DNA of 64,000 nucleotides from Thermoproteota archaeon (GTDB lineage Archaea; Thermoproteota; Thermoprotei_A; Sulfolobales; Ignisphaeraceae): NCBI GenBank assembly GCA_030550585.1, contig JAUQPB010000002.1, positions 160,001 to 224,000 of the forward strand, read 5' to 3'. Shown piece by piece: positions 42,085 to 52,465 of this stretch (position 1 is its first letter; each line of letters starts with the position of its first letter). The notes under the pieces were generated by a model. It saw only the letters and a program-made list of their open reading frames with translations, ran no database searches and was not told where the DNA came from. The position numbers and the translations under genes were made by a program.

Positions 42085-43013
42085 TTGTCGACAAATACAA
42101 AGTTCTAATAGTTGATAGGGTATCAGAGAAGTTCTTGGATAGCTTGAAGAAGCACGGATTCGAGGTTCATTATAAACCAGGGCTATCAAGGGAAGAGTTG
42201 CTTAGCATTGTAGAGAATTATAATATCCTTGTTTTCAGGGGTAGGCTGAAAATAGATAGGGGGGTTATTGATAGAGGTGCCAATTTGAAGGTCTTAGCTA
42301 GGTATGGTATAGGATTAGATAATGTAGATGTAGAACATGCCGTGAAAAGAGGTATAGCTGTTGTGAATGCCCCCTCAGCCTCAGCTATAAGTGTAGCTGA
42401 ACTGACGATAGCATTGATGTTGACAGTCTATAGAAGACTCTACGACTTTATACACAGTGTTAAATGTGGTGAGTGGTCCAAGGGTAAGCATCTTGGTAGG
42501 GAACTGCATGGTAAAAAACTTGGTGTGATAGGCTTTGGCAGAATTGGTAGCAGGGTTGCTTACTACGCTAAAGCATTTGGCATGGATATAATGGTCTATG
42601 ATATTAGAGATGTTTCTGAAGAGGTCTCAAAACTTGGTGGTGTACAAGTGGATTTGGAGAGGCTTTTAAGCGGAGCAGACGTTGTGACACTTCATGTCCC
42701 TCTAACTCCTTTGACATGGCATATGATAAACGATAAGACGCTGTCTATGATGAGAGACGGCACGGTGTTGGTTAATACCAGTAGGGGCGAGGTCATAGAT
42801 ACAGATGCTTTGCTGAAGCATGTTGATAGACTCGGTGGTGTGGCTCTGGACGTTCTTGAGCAGGAGCCTCCAAAAGATGAGAAGATCTGGAGACTGGTTA
42901 AACATCCAAATGTTGTTGTAACGCCTCATATAGGGGCTGAAACAGTCGAGGCGATGGATAGGATAGCAGATGAGCTTGTGAAAAACATTTTGGAGGCGGT
43001 GAACTGGCTTTGA
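42085..43013 (+). CDS. serA: D-3-phosphoglycerate dehydrogenase (short type); 5' end needs a frameshift or a non-canonical start
   Basis: RYGIGLDNVD, GFGRIG, VNTSRG, LDVLEQEP, TPHIGA; the in-frame KYKVLIVD strand lies upstream of the ORF-track start with no in-frame start codon. Confidence 0.82.
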
Positions 43014-44032
43014 AATATCTAACACCAGGACCTGTTCAAATACCTAAGCAGGTAGTTGATGCCATTGCAAGACAGCCGCAGTTCCACAGAACAGAAGAGT
43101 TTAGGGCGGTGTTCAAGAGGGTTATCGAAAAGCTTTCAGCAGTGTACAAAACAATTCCTGTGATAATACCTGGAACAGGCACGCTTGCTGTTGATGTGAT
43201 GGTCTATAACTATGTTAATCCAGGAGAGAAGGTAGTTGCAATAACAAATGGAGAGTTTGGGGATAGGCTTATAGAGTCTATAGAGTCTAGGGGTGGGGTT
43301 GTACACAAAATAGAGTGGAGGTATGGAGATGCACCTCCACCAGACATAGTCGAAGACACTGTTAGAAAAGTTGGTGATGTAAAGGCGATTGCAGTTGTTC
43401 ACAACGAGACTAGCACGGGAACCACAAATAGGTTTATCGAGAAATACCAGGATGTTGCAAGCTCATATGGCGCAGTACTTCTCGTTGATAGTGTTTCCCT
43501 CTACCCGGCAGAGGTTTTCAAGAAAGAGATAGACGTTATCGCAACAGCATCTCAAAAAGCATTCATATCACCTCCTGGAGCAGCCATATTATATATAGCT
43601 AAGGAACCTAGGGCAAAGGTTTCTGTACCGCCGTCAATGAACTTAGAGAAGTTTCTTCAAAGCCTTAAGAAGTGGGAGACGCCATATACACCACCAATAA
43701 ACGTTATATATGGTCTCGATGCAGCGCTCGACTATATTCTTGGTATGGGTGTTGACAAGTACCATGAGATGCATAGAGAAAGAGCTGAATATCTATACAA
43801 CAACATTAAATTAACACCAATTGCAAAGCAGGAATTGAGAAGCTATACAGTAACAGCCTTCTATACCAACAGAGCTAAAGACATTATAACAGAGCTGAAG
43901 AAACACGGATATGTTATAGCAGGTGGAATGGGCAAGCTAAAGGACAGCACCATCAGAATAGGTGTAATGGGGGACATAACAATAGAGGATCTTAGAAAGG
44001 TCGTTGAGATAGTGAATAGATATGTGGATTGA
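43010..44032 (+). CDS. Class V aminotransferase (probable phosphoserine aminotransferase role)
   Basis: LTPGP, VHNETSTG, LVDSVS, ASQKA, TPYTPP, RIGVMG; TTGA overlap with serA. Confidence 0.85.
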   Translation: MKYLTPGPVQIPKQVVDAIARQPQFHRTEEFRAVFKRVIEKLSAVYKTIPVIIPGTGTLAVDVMVYNYVNPGEKVVAITNGEFGDRLIESIESRGGVVHKIEWRYGDAPPPDIVEDTVRKVGDVKAIAVVHNETSTGTTNRFIEKYQDVASSYGAVLLVDSVSLYPAEVFKKEIDVIATASQKAFISPPGAAILYIAKEPRAKVSVPPSMNLEKFLQSLKKWETPYTPPINVIYGLDAALDYILGMGVDKYHEMHRERAEYLYNNIKLTPIAKQELRSYTVTAFYTNRAKDIITELKKHGYVIAGGMGKLKDSTIRIGVMGDITIEDLRKVVEIVNRYVD

Positions 44033-44834
44033 CGATAGCTACTGCAAACTCTGTCTAATCTACTCCAGATCCAAAGACCTTGTAGAGCTTGGCCATGGAG
44101 ACAAGCTACCAAAGCTTTTGAAGAGGCTTGCAAAAATAGTTGAGGAAGAGGATAGCAGGTCAGAGGCGTTTGCAAAATCATTTGAATATATCAAGAAATT
44201 GACGAGGTCTAAAGATCCTTATCAAGAGAGGAAGAAAATGCTAAAAGAAATTGGAAAGAGGATAGCAGAGAAGGTCGAAAAGTATCTGGAGAGTGTTGAC
44301 TGGGATATCAGAGAAGCTATTAGGATATCTGCAGCTGCAAACATTATAGATACTAGTGTTCTTGGGTATGAAAATACGAGAAGCTTGGATGAGGCCATAT
44401 GGGATAAGCCAGTAATAGAGGATGGTTTTGAGATTCCAAAGGATGAGGATATATATGTTGTTTTAGACAATGCGGGTGAGGCAGAGATAGACAAGGTTTT
44501 AGCGAAGGCGCTTACACAAAATGGTTATAGAACCTTCATAGTTGTTAGGAACAAGGCATACGAAATAGATGAGATAGAACACGACTTTGAAGAAAAAAGC
44601 TTTAACGTTATATCAACCCCTGGTAGCATATCTCCTGTGGCATACATAGACAGAGGCTTCATAATAGCTAAAGGGATTGCAAATGCCGAAGCCTACGCAG
44701 AATTTGGAAAAACTAGGTCTCTTCACCTTCTGAGAGCTAAATGCGATGTAATAGCGAAGAGGTTTGGTGTGCCAAAGAATTCGGTGCTTATAGTATCAGG
44801 GGATAGAATAAAGAGTATTTTAACAGGGAGGTAG
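44022..44834 (+). CDS. DUF89/ARMT1-like metal-dependent phosphatase
   Basis: N-terminal CxxC, DPY, AANIID, LDNAGE, IIAKGIANAE, LRAKC. Confidence 0.82.
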   Translation: MWIDDSYCKLCLIYSRSKDLVELGHGDKLPKLLKRLAKIVEEEDSRSEAFAKSFEYIKKLTRSKDPYQERKKMLKEIGKRIAEKVEKYLESVDWDIREAIRISAAANIIDTSVLGYENTRSLDEAIWDKPVIEDGFEIPKDEDIYVVLDNAGEAEIDKVLAKALTQNGYRTFIVVRNKAYEIDEIEHDFEEKSFNVISTPGSISPVAYIDRGFIIAKGIANAEAYAEFGKTRSLHLLRAKCDVIAKRFGVPKNSVLIVSGDRIKSILTGR

Positions 44835-45059
44835 CCAAAATATTTTAAACTATGCCCAACCTTTTTGCACGATCTGTGCATGATATTGTATTGTTGTAGA
44901 AGGCACGATCTTAGAGTCTGCTAGACTATTCTAGAGTTTTGATGTTCGAATACAATGTTTGTATTGTTGATGGAATGTATTATTAAATATATGTATAGAT
45001 TTCTGAGACCCATTATAGCTTATAAATCTGGACAACTATAGCTATGGCTGGTGTGTATA

Positions 45060-46094
45060 GTGGCTGTTTATAGAAGGCGTGTGCAGAGGATAGGCAAGTC
45101 AACATATATAGTGTCCTTGCCCAACTCGTGGGCCAAGGAAATTGGTCTAGAACCCAAAATGAATGTTATTATGGAGGTTCTACCCGATCTATCTCTAAGG
45201 ATATATGTTCCCTATAAACAGGAGAGAGGTAGCATATCAGAGCATACAGTCTATGTAGATCCTAACTACTCAGACGAAGATATTGTTAGGGAGATCATAG
45301 GCGGATATGTTGCTGGGGCTTCGACGGTTAAGCTTGTTTATAAGGGTGTTAAGAGGGAGTTTATTGAGAAAGCTGTTTCTGTTGCTAAAGAGAAGCTAAT
45401 GGGACTTGAGGTAATAGATGAGGATGCAACTAGTGTAACGCTTCAGATTGTTGTTGACCCAAATCTAAGTAACCTAAATAGTGTTACAAAGAGGATGACA
45501 AGGTTAGCTATAAGTATGCACGAAGATATAATATCATATTTGACTGGGACAACAGATAAAAGCATATTAGAAGCTGTTATAGCTCGCGATAATCTTGTTG
45601 ACAAATTATATCTACTCGCTTTGAGGCAGTTAATAGCTATTCTAAGTGACCCCTATGAAATGGGTAGAAAGGGGCTCAAATACTACGACGCTATATACAT
45701 GACAATGTTTCTAAAAAGTGTTGAGAGGGTAGGAGATCATGCAGTGAATATATCAAAATCATTGCAAGCATTAGAAACACCGCCAAAGTTCATATCAAAT
45801 CTATATGCAAATGCTATAGAGATATTCAAGGGTATATGCGAAGCATATTTGGTGCCTGACAAGAACATGGCTATAAACATAACGAAGAAAATAGAAGAGC
45901 TGAAGCAACTAGAAGAGGAGATTAGAAAAAGCTATAGAGAAGAGTTAGCAAAACAGACAGTAGTAACAAGAATATTGGATGCCATATCAAGGATAATAGC
46001 TAGAAGCGTAGACATAGCAGAAGAGGTTATAGACATATATGCTCTCAAGAAAATGGATAAGATACCGTCGAAAGCAGAGGAAAATGAAGAGTAA
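45060..46094 (+). CDS. AbrB-PhoU phosphate uptake regulator
   Basis: RRVQRIGKSTYIVSLP AbrB domain; DNLVDKLY and ERVGDHAVNI PhoU motifs. Confidence 0.88.
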   Translation: MAVYRRRVQRIGKSTYIVSLPNSWAKEIGLEPKMNVIMEVLPDLSLRIYVPYKQERGSISEHTVYVDPNYSDEDIVREIIGGYVAGASTVKLVYKGVKREFIEKAVSVAKEKLMGLEVIDEDATSVTLQIVVDPNLSNLNSVTKRMTRLAISMHEDIISYLTGTTDKSILEAVIARDNLVDKLYLLALRQLIAILSDPYEMGRKGLKYYDAIYMTMFLKSVERVGDHAVNISKSLQALETPPKFISNLYANAIEIFKGICEAYLVPDKNMAINITKKIEELKQLEEEIRKSYREELAKQTVVTRILDAISRIIARSVDIAEEVIDIYALKKMDKIPSKAEENEE

Positions 46095-46297
46095 TAGGAA
46101 ATAATATGCCAAGTAAAAATATGATGCTGTAATCTCAGTTTCAAGTTCAATATGACCATGTATGCATAACGCAGATTTTCAATATCTGTCAACAAAGATT
46201 TTACATAGATATGTTTTTATGTTTTTGTAGAGTTTTTCAGAATGAGTTGTTGAACCACTAGTAATGTGGATATAGTCAAATGTTTCATTAGAATTTT

Positions 46298-46576
46298 CTA
46301 CAACGTAAGGTCTTTATACATAACTATTCTTTTAGCATCGAATCCCAGAACAACTGTAGCAAGCTTAATAATATTTTCAAGTGTAGGCTCTTTTCTAACA
46401 CTCTTCACAAGTTTTTTATCGTCAAAGCCACTTGAAAGCAAAGCGAAGATTATTTTGTTGAGTAGTCTTCTACCATCGGAATTAAGAACAAGTCTCTTAT
46501 CAAAATACTTGTCAACATTTGTCAAAAGCTCAAATAAAAGGCTCTTCACATATTCCAATGTTGTACACCGAAACAT
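46298..46576 (-). CDS. Hypothetical protein (92 aa)
   Basis: ATG 12 nt after the deacetylase stop on the same strand; protein-like composition. Confidence 0.65.
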   Translation of the reverse strand: MFRCTTLEYVKSLLFELLTNVDKYFDKRLVLNSDGRRLLNKIIFALLSSGFDDKKLVKSVRKEPTLENIIKLATVVLGFDAKRIVMYKDLTL

Positions 46577-46588
46577 GCAATAAATATT

Positions 46589-47614
46589 CTATGAGCTAAT
46601 GTGGCTTAGCACCAATTCATACACCTTTTTAGCATTACTGAGATTCATATTTAAAGTCTCCGGTGAATCTCTATAAATGGTGTAGACCCTTTCAATGCCT
46701 TGAAGCCCTTCTACAAAAGCTTTGAATCCATGTTCTAAACCAGTGCTATAACCACCCTCAAGAACGATTGCAGTTGGCAAACCAAATCTCTTAATATTCG
46801 AGCCAAGTATATAGAAAGAGGAGCTTGTTAGAGCTAGGTCTGTTAAACCATCGTTTTTATAGCCATCGAAACCAGCGGATATCACAAGAGCTTCGGGGGT
46901 GTAGGAACTGATCAAAGTCTCGATAAATGTTGTGATATGGGTCAGAGATTCATCTGTTGTTTTGGGCCTCAAAACAAAATTCGCCTTGTATCCATATCCA
47001 TCACCTTCGCCAACGTCTGTTGGGTAGCCTGTGAAGGGATATAGTGTCGAGGGGTCTTGATGAATGTCTATATGGAGTATCTTCTCTTTGTAGAAAATTT
47101 CCATAGTGCCGTTACCGTGGTGAGCATCGAAATCTATTATAGCAATTCTTCTAAAGCCTCTATCCCTAAATCCAAGAACACTAGCGGCAGCATTATTAAA
47201 AATGCAGAACCCATTTGTTGGTGCACCCATGGCTCTTCCAACTAATCCAGCATGATGACCTGGCGGTCTACCTAGAACCATGAATATGTCATTTATCGTA
47301 TTAGCCAATTTATATGAGTAGTATAGAGTCTCTAGCGCAAGTTCGCATGTATTACTAGTTACATAGGTATCTGGATCAAGTTCATAGAAATCCTTTTTGC
47401 AGTTATCGAGAATATAGTCCACATAACTTTTGGCATGCACTCTAGATGCTATTTTCATAGCCTCTTTCTCATCAAATCTATCGACCCAAAAATCTGCAGA
47501 AATGCTGAGTTTTTCAATTGCTTGTAGCAGTATATTTATTCTTAGCGGGTTTTCAGGATGGTAGTAAGGAGGGATATGCTTATTCAAAGCATTTTTAACA
47601 ACAACAATCAACAT
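46589..47614 (-). CDS. Histone deacetylase-family amidohydrolase
   Basis: HPENPLR, RPPGHHA, GFC, DFDAHHGNGT, SAGFD, LEGGY. Confidence 0.92.
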   Translation of the reverse strand: MLIVVVKNALNKHIPPYYHPENPLRINILLQAIEKLSISADFWVDRFDEKEAMKIASRVHAKSYVDYILDNCKKDFYELDPDTYVTSNTCELALETLYYSYKLANTINDIFMVLGRPPGHHAGLVGRAMGAPTNGFCIFNNAAASVLGFRDRGFRRIAIIDFDAHHGNGTMEIFYKEKILHIDIHQDPSTLYPFTGYPTDVGEGDGYGYKANFVLRPKTTDESLTHITTFIETLISSYTPEALVISAGFDGYKNDGLTDLALTSSSFYILGSNIKRFGLPTAIVLEGGYSTGLEHGFKAFVEGLQGIERVYTIYRDSPETLNMNLSNAKKVYELVLSHISS

Positions 47615-47703
47615 ATAATTGTTACCATTGGCAATCTAAATCTGAAGCTTATTAGGTTTAGAGATAAAAACCCTTTTAAATACTTCTCCTTTGGTGAAAA
47701 TCT

Positions 47704-48873
47704 TTGGGTAATTTAAAGAGCTTTAAGATTAGGGTAGCAAGAACAATAGTACATTTTGGAGTTGGTGTTGCTAAGAACATTACAGATGTTTTGCAGAGAT
47801 TTAGAAGAGTCTATGTGGTTACAAGCAGGTCAGCAGCCAAGGTTAGCGGAGCTCTTGCTGATGTTGAAAATATTTTGAAGTCTCTTGGGATACGATACGA
47901 AGTTTTCGATGGCGTTACACCAAACCCTCTAGCATCTATGGTTAACAGCATCTCTGAAAAGGTTTGGAGGTTTGGAGCAGAGGCTATTGTGGCTGTAGGT
48001 GGTGGAAGCGTTATAGACACTGCAAAAATTGTTTCGGTCATTTCTCACTGTGGTGGTCTTGTAGAAGACTATGTTAGGGGTTATAGAGAGGCTTGTGGGT
48101 CTATACCTGTTTTGGCTGTGAATTTAACGCATGGCACAGGCTCTGAAGTTGATAGATATGCTGTGGTCACCTTAGAAAATCCGAAAACAAAATATGGTCT
48201 TACATCAGATTATATGTATCCTGCGGCATCTTTTGATGACCCTAGATACCTTGTTACATTACCGAAAAGCCAAACAATCTACACAGCATTTGATGCCTTT
48301 TACCATGCGTTAGAAGCTTCATGTGGTGTTGACTCATCTCCATATGTTGTAGCAATTGCTGAAGAGGCTGTTAAGAACATTGTTTACTGGCTTCCAAAAG
48401 CAGTTGAAAACCCTGGCGATGTGGAGGCTAGATACTGGCTTCTATATTCATCTATGCTAGCAGGTATAGCCATAGACAATAGCAGAGCCCATATAATACA
48501 CTCGGTTGAGAATGTTCTGAGCGGCATCAACACATCTCTTCCGCATGGAGCGGGCCTTGCAATGCTTGGGCCAGCGGCGGTCAAGCATCTCTATCAAGCA
48601 TCTCCAGAAACACTATACAGGATATTGAAATATATAGATCCACAGCTAGAGCCAGATCCGAAACATGCTGAGAAGGCCGCCGAGGCTGTTAAGAGGTTCC
48701 ACAAATCCATGGGATTCAACGAAAATCTTAGACAATACGGGTTCTCTGAAGCTGATGCAGACAAGATTATCGACATTGTTACAAACTATTTATCGTATGG
48801 TCTTAGGTTATCCCCTATAGAGCCCTCTAAAGATATTTTGAAAGAGATTTATCTCTCAGCCTTAAACTTCTAA
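47704..48873 (+). CDS. Iron-containing alcohol dehydrogenase
   Basis: VTPNP, GGGSVIDTAK, THGTGSE, DAFYHALE, PHGAGLA. Confidence 0.9.
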   Translation: MGNLKSFKIRVARTIVHFGVGVAKNITDVLQRFRRVYVVTSRSAAKVSGALADVENILKSLGIRYEVFDGVTPNPLASMVNSISEKVWRFGAEAIVAVGGGSVIDTAKIVSVISHCGGLVEDYVRGYREACGSIPVLAVNLTHGTGSEVDRYAVVTLENPKTKYGLTSDYMYPAASFDDPRYLVTLPKSQTIYTAFDAFYHALEASCGVDSSPYVVAIAEEAVKNIVYWLPKAVENPGDVEARYWLLYSSMLAGIAIDNSRAHIIHSVENVLSGINTSLPHGAGLAMLGPAAVKHLYQASPETLYRILKYIDPQLEPDPKHAEKAAEAVKRFHKSMGFNENLRQYGFSEADADKIIDIVTNYLSYGLRLSPIEPSKDILKEIYLSALNF

Positions 48874-48875
48874 CG

Positions 48876-49769
48876 GTGTTTTTGTTGAAGACTCTAATAG
48901 TAGGCAACATAACTATTGACGAAGTTGGGGATAGGATTAGAGTTGGTGGGACAGGATACTATGGAGGCAGGGCACTTGCAGAGTATCTAGATGCTGAGGT
49001 CTATGTGGCTACAAACATTGGCGAGGCTTACAAAGGTCTTGTAAAAAGTGTTCTAGAGTCGCATGGAATAAAGGTCATCGAGATTGGCTACAGCTCTACG
49101 CCAGTATTTGTCATTAGAGATGGTAAAGCTGTCAGCTTCAAAGGTGAAAGCCCAAGAATAAGCCTATCAAATTTAGAGCCCTATGCAAGAATCTATAGAT
49201 TCGATGTGGTTATCCTAGGTCCAATCTTCAGAGAGATAGATTTAAATGAAATAGACCAGATACTGTCTTGGGGCTCCAAGGTAGTAGCGCTCGATATCCA
49301 GGGGCTAGTGAGAAGCGTTGCTGATGGCGAATTAAAGCTTGTTTGGGACTACAGCATCGAGGAGAAGCTTAGAAAAATAGATATTGTACATGGCAATGTG
49401 AAGGAGTTTTGCTTCTCAGACGACATAAAAAATGTTTTAGGTAAAGCAAGGGAGTGGAGCTCAACAACAAAAACGATATATCTTATCAGCTTGGATGAGA
49501 GGGGTCTATACATCGTGGCAAATAATGAAATATTGTATGTTAGGCCACCACCAACAAATCCTGTTGATGAGGTTGGTGCAGGAGATATTCTGTTATCTGT
49601 TACAGCATATTATATTGCGAAGGGCTTTAACACCATAGAATCTGTTCTCAGAGGAGTGGCAGCTGCTACCCTAAAAATAGAGAATGCATATAGAGAGTGG
49701 TTTGACAGAAACTCCTTAGAGTCTCTGGCAAAAGAGTTGGAAAGGTTTGTGGAGGGGGTGAATATATGA
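48876..49769 (+). CDS. PfkB-family carbohydrate kinase
   Basis: VGNITID, GGTG, LDIQG, DEVGAGD. Confidence 0.82.
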   Translation: MFLLKTLIVGNITIDEVGDRIRVGGTGYYGGRALAEYLDAEVYVATNIGEAYKGLVKSVLESHGIKVIEIGYSSTPVFVIRDGKAVSFKGESPRISLSNLEPYARIYRFDVVILGPIFREIDLNEIDQILSWGSKVVALDIQGLVRSVADGELKLVWDYSIEEKLRKIDIVHGNVKEFCFSDDIKNVLGKAREWSSTTKTIYLISLDERGLYIVANNEILYVRPPPTNPVDEVGAGDILLSVTAYYIAKGFNTIESVLRGVAAATLKIENAYREWFDRNSLESLAKELERFVEGVNI

Positions 49770-49993
49770 CATCAATTGATGAGCAGATCAAAGAGCTTTT
49801 AGCAAGAAGAGATCCAAATGGGTACTACATAGTCCCATCTGATAAGAGTGGTATTGATATTGTTAAGCGTTTTTATAGTGATGTAGAGTTTGAGGAGGTT
49901 GGCGATATTGTGTTCATAAAAACTAGGTCTAGAAGAGTTGCAGAAAGGATTGCAAGAATATTGATTCAGAAAGGTCTCATAAAGTCAATGTAA
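49766..49993 (+). CDS. Hypothetical protein (75 aa)
   Basis: GGTGA SD and ATGA overlap with the upstream kinase. Confidence 0.7.
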   Translation: MTSIDEQIKELLARRDPNGYYIVPSDKSGIDIVKRFYSDVEFEEVGDIVFIKTRSRRVAERIARILIQKGLIKSM

Positions 49994-49995
49994 TT

Positions 49996-51267
49996 TTAAT
50001 AGATATATTCCTTCATTCTAGCTGTTACAATTGCTGAGGAAAGTCTCATTACAGCTGATATCATGTATGATATTCTAAGGCCTTGAACAAGCCCAAATAT
50101 GTCGATGAGATAGCCAGAGAGTAGACCTCCTAACATAGAACCTGCAAAACTTGCCAAGCCGATAGCTGTATTATAAACCCCGAAAAACGTTGCTCTATCT
50201 CCTTCTCTTGCACACTCTATTATATACATGGGGAATATTATATTTGTGAAACCATTGATGAAACCTGTGAAAATGTTCAATGCAAGTAGGCTTACATAGC
50301 TAGCTGAAAAAGCGTAAACCAGAGGCACTATAACAAGACCAAATCTGTTTAGCAATGTGTAGAACCTGTACCTGCTTCTCTCAACATATTTCCCAGCTAG
50401 ATATTGGCTTAGAACCATCGTTATATTGGATGCTATAGAGAGGGATGTTATCTGTGCAGGCGACAGATTTAAGACATCTTGCTGACTCAATATAAACAAA
50501 GGCCATGCTAACGACATGGAGAAGTTATACAAGGTGTTTGCATATACAAAGCCTTTGAATCCCGGATTAGACAAAGTGATTTTGAAGCTCTTTACAAATT
50601 CCTCGATGCCAAGACCAGCACGTTTATGGAGCACACTCGAATCACTATTAATATTTCTGTCGATAACAACCCCAGATATAGATAATGTAGCGAATACTGA
50701 TACAAATCCTAAGACAAGAGCCGAGAAGAATATTACAAGCAATGCTAAAAATGTGCTTGGCATACATTGAAACATAATTGTCGTTGCTATATTGCCAGCT
50801 ATACTGAATACAGCTGACAGATTTGAATGCATAGAATACACTATAGACCTCCTAGACTGTCCAGCAAGGTCGCTAATAACATCTCCAATCACAGGAGCCG
50901 ATGCCGAACCTATAAATGTTGCTATAGCTGATATAGCTATGATTTCATATGGATTCGCAGAACCGAACACGCCTATTAAAACTAGAGAAGCAATGGATAT
51001 GATTACTGTTGACAAGGCTCCCAATAAAAGCATGAGTCTTCGGCGCCCAGTTGAATCACTTATTCTACCCCACATAACTTGACCTATATTACCAAGTAGA
51101 TTGTTAGATGCTTGGAATATACCAGATTCTGTTGCACCCCCACCATAATAGACTATTAGATATGGCAGAATTGGTGATACAAGATTGTTTGAGAAAGAAA
51201 GTGCAGATATTCTAAGGTAGAGCTTTTTTATTGCATTGTCTCTACGGTTATTCAAATCGTACGACAA
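49996..51267 (-). CDS. MFS transporter
   Basis: About 12 hydrophobic segments, GRISDSTGRR motif A. Confidence 0.9.
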   Translation of the reverse strand: MSYDLNNRRDNAIKKLYLRISALSFSNNLVSPILPYLIVYYGGGATESGIFQASNNLLGNIGQVMWGRISDSTGRRRLMLLLGALSTVIISIASLVLIGVFGSANPYEIIAISAIATFIGSASAPVIGDVISDLAGQSRRSIVYSMHSNLSAVFSIAGNIATTIMFQCMPSTFLALLVIFFSALVLGFVSVFATLSISGVVIDRNINSDSSVLHKRAGLGIEEFVKSFKITLSNPGFKGFVYANTLYNFSMSLAWPLFILSQQDVLNLSPAQITSLSIASNITMVLSQYLAGKYVERSRYRFYTLLNRFGLVIVPLVYAFSASYVSLLALNIFTGFINGFTNIIFPMYIIECAREGDRATFFGVYNTAIGLASFAGSMLGGLLSGYLIDIFGLVQGLRISYMISAVMRLSSAIVTARMKEYIY

Positions 51268-51356
51268 TACGTATCACTATTGAGTACATGCTATTTTAAT
51301 AAGTTTTATTGTTTATAATTATAAGGCGATAAAAGTTTATTGCGCGGTGAATTATT

Positions 51357-51615
51357 TTGGAGTGTAGAAGATGTGGTTCAAAGAATATAGATGTTTTCAG
51401 ATTTAGATTGCCAGAATCCTTACCTATGGCAGTAGCTGTAGCCAATTCCCAAGAACGTTAGAGGTGAGCTTATGAGACTATTTGAAAATTATGAAAACTT
51501 TGAAATGTATATATGTAGAGACTGTGGCTATACTGAAATGAGATTTGTCAAAAGAAGTTTAAAGCCAAGTGACAAAGACGCTGACAGAAGCTTTTCCGCT
51601 AGCAACCTTCTCTAG
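51357..51615 (+). pseudogene. Small Zn-ribbon gene split across two frames
   Basis: 51357-51461 MECRRCGS...; 51472-51615 ...YICRDCGYTE...; one CxxC in each half, second half in the +1 frame. Confidence 0.55.
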
Positions 51616-51802
51616 CTTAAGTCTAGCAAATGTATACAATGCCCTCTTATTATCTATTTCAATCGATTGCATAGAATGTCCATCTAAATCTCCAGAACTG
51701 TGTAAAATCCAATAGTCGTTGAATAACTCTATAAGAGTAGGTCTTCTTGTGACATATAAACCCCATTTAATTTTTGTGTCACCGCTATTAATTATATCCA
51801 TA

Positions 51803-52050
51803 GCTATTTTACCCTCTATAGCTGAAGTTGGTGCCATTGTAGGTGATGCTAAATAAACTCTGCTATTCTTATGACCCATTCGACTAGTGAAATACTTGTT
51901 CGATGTAGCGATGGCAACTTCACCTTCAGTGAGCAAACCCATGTGTGCTCCTACGCAAGGCCTGCAGGTAGGTGGGGTTATAACGCATCCTGCCTCAACA
52001 AGGATTTGAATATACCCTCTTTTAAGGGCCTCCATGTATACTCTTCTAGA
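51803..52050 (-). pseudogene. 3' remnant of a LeuC/HacA large-subunit gene
   Basis: SRRVYMEALKRGYI...AIEGKIA parallels the C-terminus of 39214-40467, but with CRPC, NKYF and SRMG in place of CGPC, NRNF and GRMG. Confidence 0.8.
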
Positions 52051-52212
52051 CAGTGCAAACCCCTTGCAACTATACAAAAAAGTTCAAGAGTTTACAGACA
52101 ACATTAGAAGGTTATGGAAGGCTATGAAAACGCTTCTTAAATTCCTGATAGAATTATTTTTAAAAAAATGTTATTGAATTGAAATCTCTTGCTTTATCAC
52201 GCCGTTTATGGG

Positions 52213-52459
52213 CATAAGTCTAGGTATATGGTATCGATCCAGAATGTTTTGTATTCCCACCACAACATCAAAATCGGAGTCGGACGACCCCACATTACGC
52301 CGTATTTGCCATCAACAAAGTATCCTATAGATTTTAACCTTTTCACACTGGGAAAGGTTTGGAGGATTTAAAGAGACTTGGGAGATGACATCAGAGTTGA
52401 CGGGAATAAGTACTGTCAGTAGCAAAGCAATTGATATGAGAGCTCTCACTGTCTTCATA
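52213..52459 (-). pseudogene. Probable remnant of a secreted-protein gene
   Basis: Signal-peptide-like MKTVRALISIALLLTVLIP just after the 52466 stop; stops at 52312, with a coding-like tail in another frame. Confidence 0.4.
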
Positions 52460-52465
52460 TCTACA

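Noticed and set aside
44866-44912. TGCAC-N5-GTGCA palindrome and repeated GCACGATCT upstream of the PhoU regulator
   Set aside because: Short, far from the TATA box, and no further copies noticed
46120-46176. ATGATGC...ATGACCA...CAGA, a possible C/D RNA
   Set aside because: No valid D or D' boxes
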